The position numbers were made by a program, and so were the translations under genes. From NCBI GenBank assembly GCA_024278595.1, contig JAJRSW010000002.1:11945-75944 (forward strand): a stretch of DNA of 64,000 bases. The letters are read 5' to 3'. Positions 40,754-49,944 of this stretch are shown in pieces (positions within the stretch are counted from its first letter, which is position 1; each line of letters opens with the position of its first letter). The notes below the pieces were generated by a model. It did no database searches. It was not told where the DNA came from and was given only the letters and a program-made list of their open reading frames with translations. This DNA is from Fidelibacterota bacterium. Its GTDB lineage: Bacteria > Fidelibacterota > UBA8477 > JABMPR01.

Positions 40754-40754
40754 G

Positions 40755-41762
40755 ATGAAAATTACAAACGTAAGCATGAAAAACAGCATATTACTGATTT
40801 TGACGCTGAGTTGTTTGGTGAGTATTGGTTCAGCACAGGTCAAACTGGCTCAGTCCGGGGGACAATTCTTAAGTGTTGACTCGGATGCCAAGGCAGGGGG
40901 TATGGCGGGTGCTTTGACCACCATAGAAATGAACTCCGCTTCGGTATTTTATAATCCGGCCGGAATGTCACGCCTGAGTGGCACAGTGGATGTGACAGCA
41001 AGTCAGAATCAATGGTTCGCAGATATTGCCTATAACTCATTTTCGGTGGCCATTAAACCCGCTGATGGTGAATGGGGCGTATTTGCAGCGTCTTTTGTTT
41101 CGGTTGATTATGGGGAGATCCAAGGAACCCAGCGCTGGGACAATGATCAGGGCTATATCGATACAGAGATTCTGACGCCTTCCGCCTATGCTGCCGGTTT
41201 TGGATACGCGAAAGCTTTAAGCGATAAATTTTCAGTAGGTGGTCATCTGAAATATATCGGTTTGAATTATGGGAAAAGTATCTACCCGGATGAAGCAGGT
41301 TTTGCTGATACAGTGAAAGCACACATAAGCTATGCAAACGCTTTTGATTTTGGAACGATCTATCGTACGGGTTGGAAGAGTTTGGCCTTTGGGATGTCAG
41401 TACGCAATTTTTCAAATGAAGTTACCTTTGAATCAGAAGGTTTCCAGTTGCCGCTGACCTTTGCCCTGGGCATTTCCATGGATCTCATGGATCTGAAACG
41501 TGAACAAATGGGTGACCAGCACCTGATGCTGAGCGTGGATGCCCTACACTATCGCTCCCATGCAGAACAAGTTCGAATTGGTCTCGAGTATAAACCAATC
41601 GCTATGCTTTCACTCAGGGCTGGCTATCGGTCAGCTAATGATGAGAATGATATCTCTTTTGGCCTGGGTATCCAGCAATTCGGTCTGGTATTTGATTATG
41701 CCTATGAACCATTTGGCCGCCTGGGAGATGTTCAGCGAATGACAGTCAGATTTTCTTTCTAA
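40755..41762 (+). CDS. PorV/PorQ-family outer-membrane beta-barrel protein
   Basis: Signal peptide, then GGQFLSVDSDAKAGGMAGALTTIEMNSASVFYNPAGMS, which resembles the PorV/PorQ N-terminal signature. Alternating beta-strand pattern. C-terminal ...MTVRFSF. ATG at 40755 is preceded by GGAGGGTGAG. Confidence 0.7.
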   Translation: MKITNVSMKNSILLILTLSCLVSIGSAQVKLAQSGGQFLSVDSDAKAGGMAGALTTIEMNSASVFYNPAGMSRLSGTVDVTASQNQWFADIAYNSFSVAIKPADGEWGVFAASFVSVDYGEIQGTQRWDNDQGYIDTEILTPSAYAAGFGYAKALSDKFSVGGHLKYIGLNYGKSIYPDEAGFADTVKAHISYANAFDFGTIYRTGWKSLAFGMSVRNFSNEVTFESEGFQLPLTFALGISMDLMDLKREQMGDQHLMLSVDALHYRSHAEQVRIGLEYKPIAMLSLRAGYRSANDENDISFGLGIQQFGLVFDYAYEPFGRLGDVQRMTVRFSF

Positions 41763-41781
41763 GCGGAATATTACCTGATAT

Positions 41782-44724
41782 ATGAAACTCAACCTTAAAC
41801 ATATCATTTTTGTGAGTCTGATCATGGCGACGAGCACCTGGTCTGCCACAACCGGTAAGATCAGCGGTCGGGTGAGCGATGCCAATACTGGTGAAGCCCT
41901 AATTGGTGTTAATATCATTATCACTGATCTAGGTCTCGGGGCTGCTACTGATCTGGATGGTTATTACACAATCCTCAATATCCGGCCGGGCAAACACACG
42001 GTCACAGCATCCATCATTGGTTACAGCAGCACAACCGTTGAAAATGTTGAAGTGGTCATGGGGTTGACATCAACCATCGATCTCAACCTGCAAACTCAGG
42101 TATTAGGGATGGAGTCGGTTACTGTTTACAGTGAAAGACCTATTGTTTCAAAAGATCTTTCCGGTAGTCAACTGAATGTGGATAATACCTCTATCGAACA
42201 ATGGCCCATCTCATCGGTAGCCGCGGTCCTGGGTATTCAGGCTGGCGTGGAGAATATGCAGGTCAGGGGTGGCAGTATCACCCAGACTGCTGTTCTAGTA
42301 GATGGTTTTCTGTTGAACGACAGCCGATCCAATGCCCCGGTAACCACTCTGAGTTTAAGTTCAGTGGAGGAGATCCAGATCCAATCTGGCGGTTTTAACG
42401 CCGAATATGGAAATATTCGTTCCGGTATTGTGAATGTGATCACCTCTGAAGGTCCTAAAGATCATTATTCAGGGACCTTTTATTACCAGAACAGCCCGGC
42501 GGCACCCAAACATTTTGGGATATCACCCTACGATGTGAACTCCTACTTCCTGAGGCCCTATCTGGATGATGACGTGGCCTGGACCGGAACAGATAATGGG
42601 GTATGGAATGAGTATACCAGAAGTCAGTATGCATTTTTTGAAGGCTGGAATGGGAAGACCGATCCTGAAACTGGTATAACTGCTACAGCGGCAAAACAAC
42701 AATGGGTCTATGAACATCGGCGTACTGGGCAAATCACCAAACCGGATCAAACTTTAGACCTGGGCTTTGGTGGCCCCATAGCTGTGATTCCCAAACTGCG
42801 ATTCTATCTTTCCTACCGGAATGAAACGGAACAATTTATTATCCCGCTTTCCCGAGATGGCTATCGTTCAAATTCGTCCCGGCTGAAGCTAAACTATGAT
42901 ATCGGTTCCGGTAAAAAATTGATGGGAACGGCACTGTATTCAGAAGAACACTCGGTAAATCAATACAATTGGACCACGGTTCCTGAGGGCAGTTTATTGC
43001 GCGGAACCTATAGTGTCGCCAATCTGGCCAACGGTGCGGTACTATTTACACCTGATTATTTCAGCCCATATTCAGTTTTCAGAGGACGGTTTGATCTGAG
43101 CTATAACCACATGTTGAGTTCAGACTCATTCTACGAGATCATCCTCCAACATGGACGTACGCAATATAAAACCTATCAGGGTGCGGCCCGGGATACGGTA
43201 AAATACGAGATCTTCCCGGGTTTTATGGATGATGAAGCGCCCTATGGTTACGCTGCCAATGAATGGATGAGCCTGGGTCGCGATACCAGCCGTACAAGTG
43301 CCACCCTATTCAAAGCAGATTATACCAGTCAGGTGAATCAACGCAATCAGGTAAGAATGGGAATCCAGTTTGCCTATAATGATTTCCAGGTGCGGTCCTA
43401 CACAGAGAGTGCCAAAGATACCTGGCGTCGGGCCATGAATTATGATGTAAATCCATATCGCTTGAGCGTTTATGTTCAGGATAAACTGGAGTACGAGGGC
43501 TTTGTGGCCAATCTGGGACTCCGGGGAGAATATTCAGCTTCTAATACTGTGGTTTATCAATTGGATGCTTTTGATGATCTGTTCAAACAGGGAGCGGGTC
43601 ATACCCTGGAGGAAATGGCCGAGCAGATCAATGCCATTCCATCCTTTACTCTGAGTCCACGTCTGGGGATCTCACATCCCATTACTGATCGTTCAAAACT
43701 CTATTTTAATTACGGACATTTTTATTCCGAGGCGGGCTCTACCTACAGATTTCGCATTCAGAAAGAATCCAATGGTTTGGTTACAAGGTTGGGCAACCCT
43801 GAATTGGATCAGGAACGAACAATTGCCTATGAGCTGGGCTATTCCCACGGGTTCAATAATACTTACATATTGGATATGGCTGCCTACTACAAGGATATTA
43901 CGGCCCAACCAGGTTGGGTGCTCTATGAAAATGCCAATGGATCGGTGAGCTACCTGAAGGCAGAGAGTAATAATTATCAGGATATCCGGGGAATTGAAAT
44001 GACCCTTAGCAAGCCAAGGGGCGAGATCTTCAGTGGCTTTATCAACTATACGTATATGGTCAGGACCAATGGGTATTTTGGGCTATTGGAATACCATCAG
44101 AATCCCCAGGAACAAGCTGAGTACGAGAGTAAGCATATTAAGGATGATAAACCCAGACCCAGGCCCTACCTGCGCGCCAATATCGCCCTGAGGACTCCTG
44201 ACAAATTCGGTCCCCAAATACTTGGGGCTGCTCCATTGGGAGGCATACAAATTAGTTTTTTGGGTCAGTACAAAACAGGGAGCCAATTTAATGCATATGC
44301 CCTGCTCAACGTCAATGAATACGTACAATGGACCCCACGTACCACTCTGGATCTGCGAGTACAGAAATCGATTGATGTGAAGGGGGCGGGTTTGATGCTT
44401 TTCTGCGATTTCTCCAACCTCCTGAATTCAAAATATCTAAGCTATAGCGGGTTTTCTGATCAACGGGATTACATAGATTATCTCCAATCATTACATTTTT
44501 CATTTGAAGAGGGAACCGAGGCGGGGGATGATTATGTGGGTCGGTACCGTGCTGAAGATGTTGCCTATGATCCTATGGTGGCTAACCCTGATAATGATCC
44601 GGTCATTGCTGCCGACAATGAGCGCCGAAATGAAACTGGCTCATACATAGATATGCCCAATTACCGTTCACTGACCTTTCTGGATCCCCGTAAAATAACC
44701 CTCGGATTAAGGTTTAAATTTTAA
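41782..44724 (+). CDS. TonB-dependent receptor B with an N-terminal CarboxypepD_reg domain (980 aa), paralog of receptor A
   Basis: GKISGRVSDANTGEALIGVNIIITD..DGYYTILNIRPG. Plug motifs. HFGISPYDVNSYFLRPYLDDDVAWTGT is shared with receptor A. C-terminal ...LGLRFKF. Confidence 0.88.
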   Translation: MKLNLKHIIFVSLIMATSTWSATTGKISGRVSDANTGEALIGVNIIITDLGLGAATDLDGYYTILNIRPGKHTVTASIIGYSSTTVENVEVVMGLTSTIDLNLQTQVLGMESVTVYSERPIVSKDLSGSQLNVDNTSIEQWPISSVAAVLGIQAGVENMQVRGGSITQTAVLVDGFLLNDSRSNAPVTTLSLSSVEEIQIQSGGFNAEYGNIRSGIVNVITSEGPKDHYSGTFYYQNSPAAPKHFGISPYDVNSYFLRPYLDDDVAWTGTDNGVWNEYTRSQYAFFEGWNGKTDPETGITATAAKQQWVYEHRRTGQITKPDQTLDLGFGGPIAVIPKLRFYLSYRNETEQFIIPLSRDGYRSNSSRLKLNYDIGSGKKLMGTALYSEEHSVNQYNWTTVPEGSLLRGTYSVANLANGAVLFTPDYFSPYSVFRGRFDLSYNHMLSSDSFYEIILQHGRTQYKTYQGAARDTVKYEIFPGFMDDEAPYGYAANEWMSLGRDTSRTSATLFKADYTSQVNQRNQVRMGIQFAYNDFQVRSYTESAKDTWRRAMNYDVNPYRLSVYVQDKLEYEGFVANLGLRGEYSASNTVVYQLDAFDDLFKQGAGHTLEEMAEQINAIPSFTLSPRLGISHPITDRSKLYFNYGHFYSEAGSTYRFRIQKESNGLVTRLGNPELDQERTIAYELGYSHGFNNTYILDMAAYYKDITAQPGWVLYENANGSVSYLKAESNNYQDIRGIEMTLSKPRGEIFSGFINYTYMVRTNGYFGLLEYHQNPQEQAEYESKHIKDDKPRPRPYLRANIALRTPDKFGPQILGAAPLGGIQISFLGQYKTGSQFNAYALLNVNEYVQWTPRTTLDLRVQKSIDVKGAGLMLFCDFSNLLNSKYLSYSGFSDQRDYIDYLQSLHFSFEEGTEAGDDYVGRYRAEDVAYDPMVANPDNDPVIAADNERRNETGSYIDMPNYRSLTFLDPRKITLGLRFKF

Positions 44725-46847
44725 TGAGTAAGATCAGATTTTATCATCGGATAGTGTGGATGATCGGATTTAGTCTGATCAGTATCGCCGGTTTTGGCCA
44801 AATTGATGGTTCTCAAAAACGCTATGTCAGGGTGGGAAGCCTGCAAAGTCATTTCTCAGCTTATGGGTCGGAAAGAGCCTGGAATAATTCCTACTATGAA
44901 GGGTTGATATGGCCGGCAGACTATCCATTTCAGGACAATTCAGTGATCAAGAGAGCCTGGGCGGCCGTTCAGAACTTTCAAGATGAGAATGGGGTTTACT
45001 GGCCGGAATATGGGATCTATTACACCCTGGCTGCTGAAGGTGTGGGGCTGTTTCCTATGGAGCTCAGGCAAACCTCAAGCTTTAAACCGCCCGATATATA
45101 TGTCGATGGCGATGATCTCAATATTATTTTTGCCGGAGAGATAGATGACTATGATATGGACCAACTCCCAGATCGGATCATCACCAATGTGGTGAACTCA
45201 TCCATGGGACTCACCATGACGCGCCGGATCTATGCCTTTACTCAGCAGTATCACGACAATTATTTTATTAAAGAGTTCACCTTTACCAACACGGGCAACA
45301 TTGATTCAGATCCGGAGATCGAGTTGTCAGCCCCCCTCACAGGTGTGCGGATTGGTTGGGGGACCCGCTATTCAATGGGTCGTGAAGCCAGTTGGACCAT
45401 TGGTGATGGACAAAGTTGGGGAAAACATACCTGGGTCACCCGCCGCGGTGAGGATTATTCACAGCATTATCTTGAGGCCATCACACCTGAAAATCCGATC
45501 GTTGATTGGCTCCGGGCCGGTTTTTCATGGGCCGGTCAAGGGGAAAAGAACACGTTTGACAATATCGGTGGACCGGATCTGCTGGCCAAAGGTCGCCTGA
45601 CTTCACCTCATCACACTGGATCAGTTGTTCTCCACGTAGATCGTGCAGCCAATGATCATAATGATTGGATCGAGCAACCCGTATTTCTCGGCTGGCATGC
45701 TGGGGACACCTATCCCGATGTGGGGGATCAGCGCGTGGATGATGCGCCTTTTATGTCAGAGCTTTACGATATGCTCAGTGGTACGCCCTATGGTGGATCA
45801 TCCATGGGTGGTCAAACCCGCATGGATGAGGAGAACCTCTCCAGCATAACCGATCCAATCGATCCCTGGAAAGTGCATGGTGATGGGGGGGGAACCAATG
45901 TCATGATGACCTATGGTCCCTTTGATCTTGCCCTGGGTGAAAGCATTACAATTGTTGAAGCTGAAGCGATCAACGGGTTGAGCCGAGAAATGTGCGAACT
46001 TATTGGTGAACGCTGGAAAACCGCGTATGATACACCAGGTGATAATGGGCCGTTTGAACTACCGGATGGCAGCGAAACCTCTGATATGAATGTATACAAG
46101 AACTCTTGGGTCTATACGGGCAAGGACTCCCTGATGTTGAGTTTCGGTCGAGCCAAACGAAATTATGACTCAGGATTCAACATTCCCAGACCACCCTTAC
46201 CCCCGGCCAGTTTTACAGTTGAATCAGGGGGTGACCGGATTTATACCAGTTGGTTGCCCAGTCCATCAGAAGCGAACCCAGATTTTGGCGGGTACCGTCT
46301 CTATCGAGCCATTGGTAAACCTGATACGAGCTATACGGAAATATTCGCCTGCGGGCTTGGTACAGCTGTACCGGAATTGACTTATTATTTTGATGATACA
46401 ACACCCCTGAGAGGTCAAGCCTACTATTATTATGTGCTTGCATTTGATGATGGTAGCAATAACAACACGGATCTGAATCCCCGTGGGTCCCTGCATAGCA
46501 GTCGGTTCTACACCAAAACCTCGAAAGCCGCCACTTTAAAACGCAAAGCCGGAGCCCATTTCGATCAGATTAGAATTGTGCCCAATCCCTATAATATCCG
46601 GCAGGAAGCATTTATTGGTCAACCGGATAAATTAGCCTTTTATGACATCCCGGGAGTTTGTACAATTCGAATCTACACCGAACGGGGAGATTTAATAAAA
46701 ACCATCGACCATGACGATGGCAGCGGTGATGAATCATGGTTGCTCAGCACGGATATGCGGCAGGTCATCGTGAGTGGAATCTATATTGCTCACTTTGAGA
46801 AACCTGATGGCACCTCAACCTATCGAAAATTTATTGTTGTACGCTAA
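44724..46847 (+). CDS. Uncharacterised secreted partner protein B (707 aa), paralog of 37643-39724
   Basis: The ATG overlaps the receptor B stop codon (TAATG). FN3-like FTVESGGDRIYTSWLPS..GGYRLYRA. C-terminus IRIVPNPYNIRQ..CTIRIYTERGDLIKTI..GDESWLL..VSGIYIAHFE..YRKFIVVR. Confidence 0.75.
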   Translation: MSKIRFYHRIVWMIGFSLISIAGFGQIDGSQKRYVRVGSLQSHFSAYGSERAWNNSYYEGLIWPADYPFQDNSVIKRAWAAVQNFQDENGVYWPEYGIYYTLAAEGVGLFPMELRQTSSFKPPDIYVDGDDLNIIFAGEIDDYDMDQLPDRIITNVVNSSMGLTMTRRIYAFTQQYHDNYFIKEFTFTNTGNIDSDPEIELSAPLTGVRIGWGTRYSMGREASWTIGDGQSWGKHTWVTRRGEDYSQHYLEAITPENPIVDWLRAGFSWAGQGEKNTFDNIGGPDLLAKGRLTSPHHTGSVVLHVDRAANDHNDWIEQPVFLGWHAGDTYPDVGDQRVDDAPFMSELYDMLSGTPYGGSSMGGQTRMDEENLSSITDPIDPWKVHGDGGGTNVMMTYGPFDLALGESITIVEAEAINGLSREMCELIGERWKTAYDTPGDNGPFELPDGSETSDMNVYKNSWVYTGKDSLMLSFGRAKRNYDSGFNIPRPPLPPASFTVESGGDRIYTSWLPSPSEANPDFGGYRLYRAIGKPDTSYTEIFACGLGTAVPELTYYFDDTTPLRGQAYYYYVLAFDDGSNNNTDLNPRGSLHSSRFYTKTSKAATLKRKAGAHFDQIRIVPNPYNIRQEAFIGQPDKLAFYDIPGVCTIRIYTERGDLIKTIDHDDGSGDESWLLSTDMRQVIVSGIYIAHFEKPDGTSTYRKFIVVR

Positions 46848-46882
46848 GCCGGTGTATCATAAAAAATACAGGACAAAAGAAA

Positions 46883-48121
46883 ATGAAACGATTCAAGATC
46901 ACACTTAAGGTAACGCTGGTATTAGGCCTTCTGGCAATCACATTCACTGGTTGTGAGGAAGACCCTGTGAGTATTTATCAGGATGGCGTTCCAGGAGAGC
47001 CAGCACCCATCGTAACTGCGGTTGTTCCAGATAGTAACTTCAGTGCCGACCATGTCACATTCTCCGGGATTGGTGTTGTGGAGATCACTGGTCAGAACTT
47101 TTCACCAACGCCTGTATTCAATACCGTCTTTTTTGATGGGGTATCCGGTGAAGTGCTTTCATCAAGCACAACATCTATCAGGGTTAAAGTTCCCAAGGTT
47201 GTGGGAGATTCTGTTGCTATAAGGGTTACCGTACAGGAAGCTTATGATTTTGGGGATTATGCTTCTGGATATAAGATCACAACTGCTACACAGGAGATTG
47301 GGGGTATTGAACCGCAGGAACAGCTCTATTCAATTGCCTGCGACTTGAGTGAAACGGTGTGGGTCACAGCTTTGAACGATCCAACGATCAAAATAATTGC
47401 CATCGAACCTGATAGCAGCTTTGAGAACCGGATCTCGTCCTTAACGGTTTCATCCACATCCTTAAAATATGGGGGACGAGATCGCCTGTTCATGACTGGT
47501 GGTGCCATTCTATATTCAATGAACAAAGTTACAGAATCCGTGGATCCAAGTGTATTTATCACACCCAATGCTCAAGATGCCACCCTGGATATTGATTTTG
47601 TGGACTCAACCCAGGCTTTTATGGCTCTAAGGAAAGCGCCAAACCTGGGTTATATCATGACTATTGATCTTGAGACGGTCAGCATGGACACTGCGGCTGT
47701 ATACGATACCCTGACGATCCAATCCATTCGGATATTTGAGGACGAACTTTTTGTAGCTGGTTACTATAAGATCGAAGGTGAGATCCAACCATCAGCAGTC
47801 TGGAAAAACAGTATTTTCGGATCAACGCTGGGACCACGAGAACTGGTCCTGGATCTGGCAGATCACCCGGATTATACTAATGCCCAAATTACTACGATCA
47901 CCTTTTCGGAAGATGGCAAACTGTTTATAGGGCTGAATTCGGTCAATGCAATTTTGGTTTATAAAGATGGTATCCTAAAACCTTACTATGCCCCAATTCT
48001 AAGCCCGCCAACCCTGGACCTTACCTGGGGTAATGGAGATTTTCTTTATCAATTAAAAACAAATCAAATTATAAAAATAAATACGGTTGAGACCGGAGCC
48101 AGCTACGGCGGCCGGTTTTAG
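46883..48121 (+). CDS. Lipoprotein with an IPT/TIG domain and a probable beta-propeller
   Basis: Lipobox ITFTGC. IPT-like IVTAVVPDS..VEITGQNFSPTPVFNTVFFDGVSGEVLSSSTTSIRVKVP. Confidence 0.6.
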   Translation: MKRFKITLKVTLVLGLLAITFTGCEEDPVSIYQDGVPGEPAPIVTAVVPDSNFSADHVTFSGIGVVEITGQNFSPTPVFNTVFFDGVSGEVLSSSTTSIRVKVPKVVGDSVAIRVTVQEAYDFGDYASGYKITTATQEIGGIEPQEQLYSIACDLSETVWVTALNDPTIKIIAIEPDSSFENRISSLTVSSTSLKYGGRDRLFMTGGAILYSMNKVTESVDPSVFITPNAQDATLDIDFVDSTQAFMALRKAPNLGYIMTIDLETVSMDTAAVYDTLTIQSIRIFEDELFVAGYYKIEGEIQPSAVWKNSIFGSTLGPRELVLDLADHPDYTNAQITTITFSEDGKLFIGLNSVNAILVYKDGILKPYYAPILSPPTLDLTWGNGDFLYQLKTNQIIKINTVETGASYGGRF

Positions 48122-48236
48122 AGTTAGTAAAATTAATTAACTAATTATTATTATTCCAGTGTGCGGCGTAACATTTATTTTGTATAATGCAACGCTATTA
48201 GACACATATAGAAACACAACAGAAGGAGACTAAGAC

Positions 48237-49568
48237 ATGAAAAAAATGCTAACCCTATTGGTAGCTGTTCTGGTATTGGGCAGCTTCGCTTTTGGTGGTT
48301 GGGAGTTTGATGACGTTCTTGTTTATTTCGACGGAACAGAGATCACAAATTCCTACGGTATGCATGGAGTAACCGTGGATGGTGCCGGAAATATCTGGTA
48401 TGCCATGCATAACTATTCCACTGAAACCCTATATCCAGCCAATGGTGACACAGTATACGTTTATCAGGTATTTGCTGTCCAACCAGATGGCACACCGCTC
48501 AGCTTTTCACCGATCTCAATGCTGACAATTAATGGCGTTGTTGATACTCTGAGCAGCTCTAGTAAAGGAATGGCCACTGATAATGATGGCAATATTCTGC
48601 ACTCTGTTTCTGGTAAACTCTACAAGATCAACTATACCGACGGTACCGGAATGGCCATGTATGACTTTCCTGATTATACCGGATCGCTAACTAAACCTGC
48701 TGTTGATGCCAATGGCAATGTTTATGTAGGTACAGTTGGCCAGGGAAATCCAGTTAAAATTCTAAACTCAAATCTGGAAGAGACTGGAAACGCAATTGCC
48801 GCCTTTAGCGGTGCTTATACTCGTGCCATTGCTGTCTCGAGTGATGGTAAAGATCTCTACTTTGGCAGCACCTGGAACGGAATTGGTATTCGTCACTTCA
48901 GAAGTGAAGTACCTGGAACCTTCCCGCATGACTCCTCCAGTACGATTGGTGGATGGCAGATCGATGATACAACCTTCCAGACCTTATGGCCAGAAGATGT
49001 AAGTATGGGTCCTGATGGCTACCTGTACGCAGCAAACACTCAGATCGATTTTACGGGTGACGCGGATCATGGTTCTCGCTACTGGGTGTATGCTACAGAT
49101 GGTACGGAGATGTACTCTTTTGGTAACCCTGGTGATCCAGATAACCCTGATATCTCCGAACACACCACAGGTGGTATGTGGAATGGTCGCGGTTGTGCCT
49201 GGAGTGCTGATGGTACCACCATGTATGTCGCAGACTTCGGCTACAATTGTATAACTGTGTGGACCCAGACCCCAGATGGCGTCGATAGTCCGATCACTCT
49301 GCCAACTGCTTTCGAGCTGAAACAGAACTTCCCGAATCCCTTCAACCCCTCAACCACGATTGCTTATGAACTCCATGCAGATGGAATGGTTCAATTAACC
49401 GTGTTTGATCTAAATGGTCGTGAAGTTGCAACTCTGGTCAATGAACACTTGAATTCCGGTAGTCATACTGCCTCATTCAATGGCTCAAACCTGAGCTCTG
49501 GTCTTTACATCTATCAGCTCTCCTTCAATGGTGAAGTCAGTGCCAAGAATATGATGCTGGTCAAATAA
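48237..49568 (+). CDS. NHL/SMP-30-like beta-propeller protein with a canonical T9SS C-terminal domain
   Basis: Six blade-like repeats (VDGAGNIWYA, TDNDGNILHS, VDANGNVYVGT, SSDGKDLYFGS, GPDGYLYAAN, SADGTTMYVADF). C-terminus LKQNFPNPFNPSTTIAYEL...MMLVK. Confidence 0.8.
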   Translation: MKKMLTLLVAVLVLGSFAFGGWEFDDVLVYFDGTEITNSYGMHGVTVDGAGNIWYAMHNYSTETLYPANGDTVYVYQVFAVQPDGTPLSFSPISMLTINGVVDTLSSSSKGMATDNDGNILHSVSGKLYKINYTDGTGMAMYDFPDYTGSLTKPAVDANGNVYVGTVGQGNPVKILNSNLEETGNAIAAFSGAYTRAIAVSSDGKDLYFGSTWNGIGIRHFRSEVPGTFPHDSSSTIGGWQIDDTTFQTLWPEDVSMGPDGYLYAANTQIDFTGDADHGSRYWVYATDGTEMYSFGNPGDPDNPDISEHTTGGMWNGRGCAWSADGTTMYVADFGYNCITVWTQTPDGVDSPITLPTAFELKQNFPNPFNPSTTIAYELHADGMVQLTVFDLNGREVATLVNEHLNSGSHTASFNGSNLSSGLYIYQLSFNGEVSAKNMMLVK

Positions 49569-49588
49569 GCGTCACTTACATGTTTTAT

Positions 49589-49625
49589 AAAAAAGGCGAG
49601 GGAAACCTCGCCTTTTTTTATTTTA
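49589..49625 (+). terminator. Rho-independent terminator ending the 34352-49568 gene string
   Basis: AAAAAA-GGCGAGG-GAAA-CCTCGCC-TTTTTTT. Confidence 0.88.
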
Positions 49626-49714
49626 GTTCGTGTTACTCTCGCAGTTTACGTCTGGCTTTATACCAAATTCACCTCAAAATGCCCCCTAGCTTCATCATAT
49701 TTTCCAGGTTCTCT

Positions 49715-49766
49715 TCATCCCGACAAACCTTGTGCTTAGCCAGCTAGTATTGAAGATCGGTCGGGA
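49715..49766. repeat. REP-like dispersed palindromic element, copy B (TCATCCCGACAAA ... GTCGGGA)
   Basis: 13-nt core identical to copy A. ATTGAAnATC..GTCGGGA is also shared. 7-bp arms TCCCGAC/GTCGGGA. Confidence 0.6.
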
Positions 49767-49944
49767 CTCGACAAACGAAAAATATGAAGAGGATACCGCA
49801 CATTATGAAGTGAAACTGTTATAACATGCAATATGGGGTTCATTTTTTTATTACGGATATTTTTTAGTTGGTACACCAAAGTTACTTACTTGATTGCGCT
49901 TCCTGTTTATCTTCCAACCTGAAATATATATTAAGGAGAGCATT

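Noticed and set aside
40701-40754. The upstream extension of the PorV-like ORF (start at 40701), which overlaps the preceding lipoprotein gene by 53 nt.
   Set aside because: The extension (MKKWQPQSLTWLLWRVSK) is not signal-peptide-like. The ATG at 40755 gives a proper signal peptide, has a GGAGG-type RBS and removes the overlap.
48160-48188. A TATAAT box at 48183-48188, considered as the promoter of the T9SS propeller gene.
   Set aside because: No acceptable -35 element lies at 16-18 nt spacing (TGTGCG), and the box does not fit the extended -10 consensus or the Bacteroidetes-type TAnnTTTG consensus. An isolated TATAAT in AT-rich DNA is not sufficient evidence.
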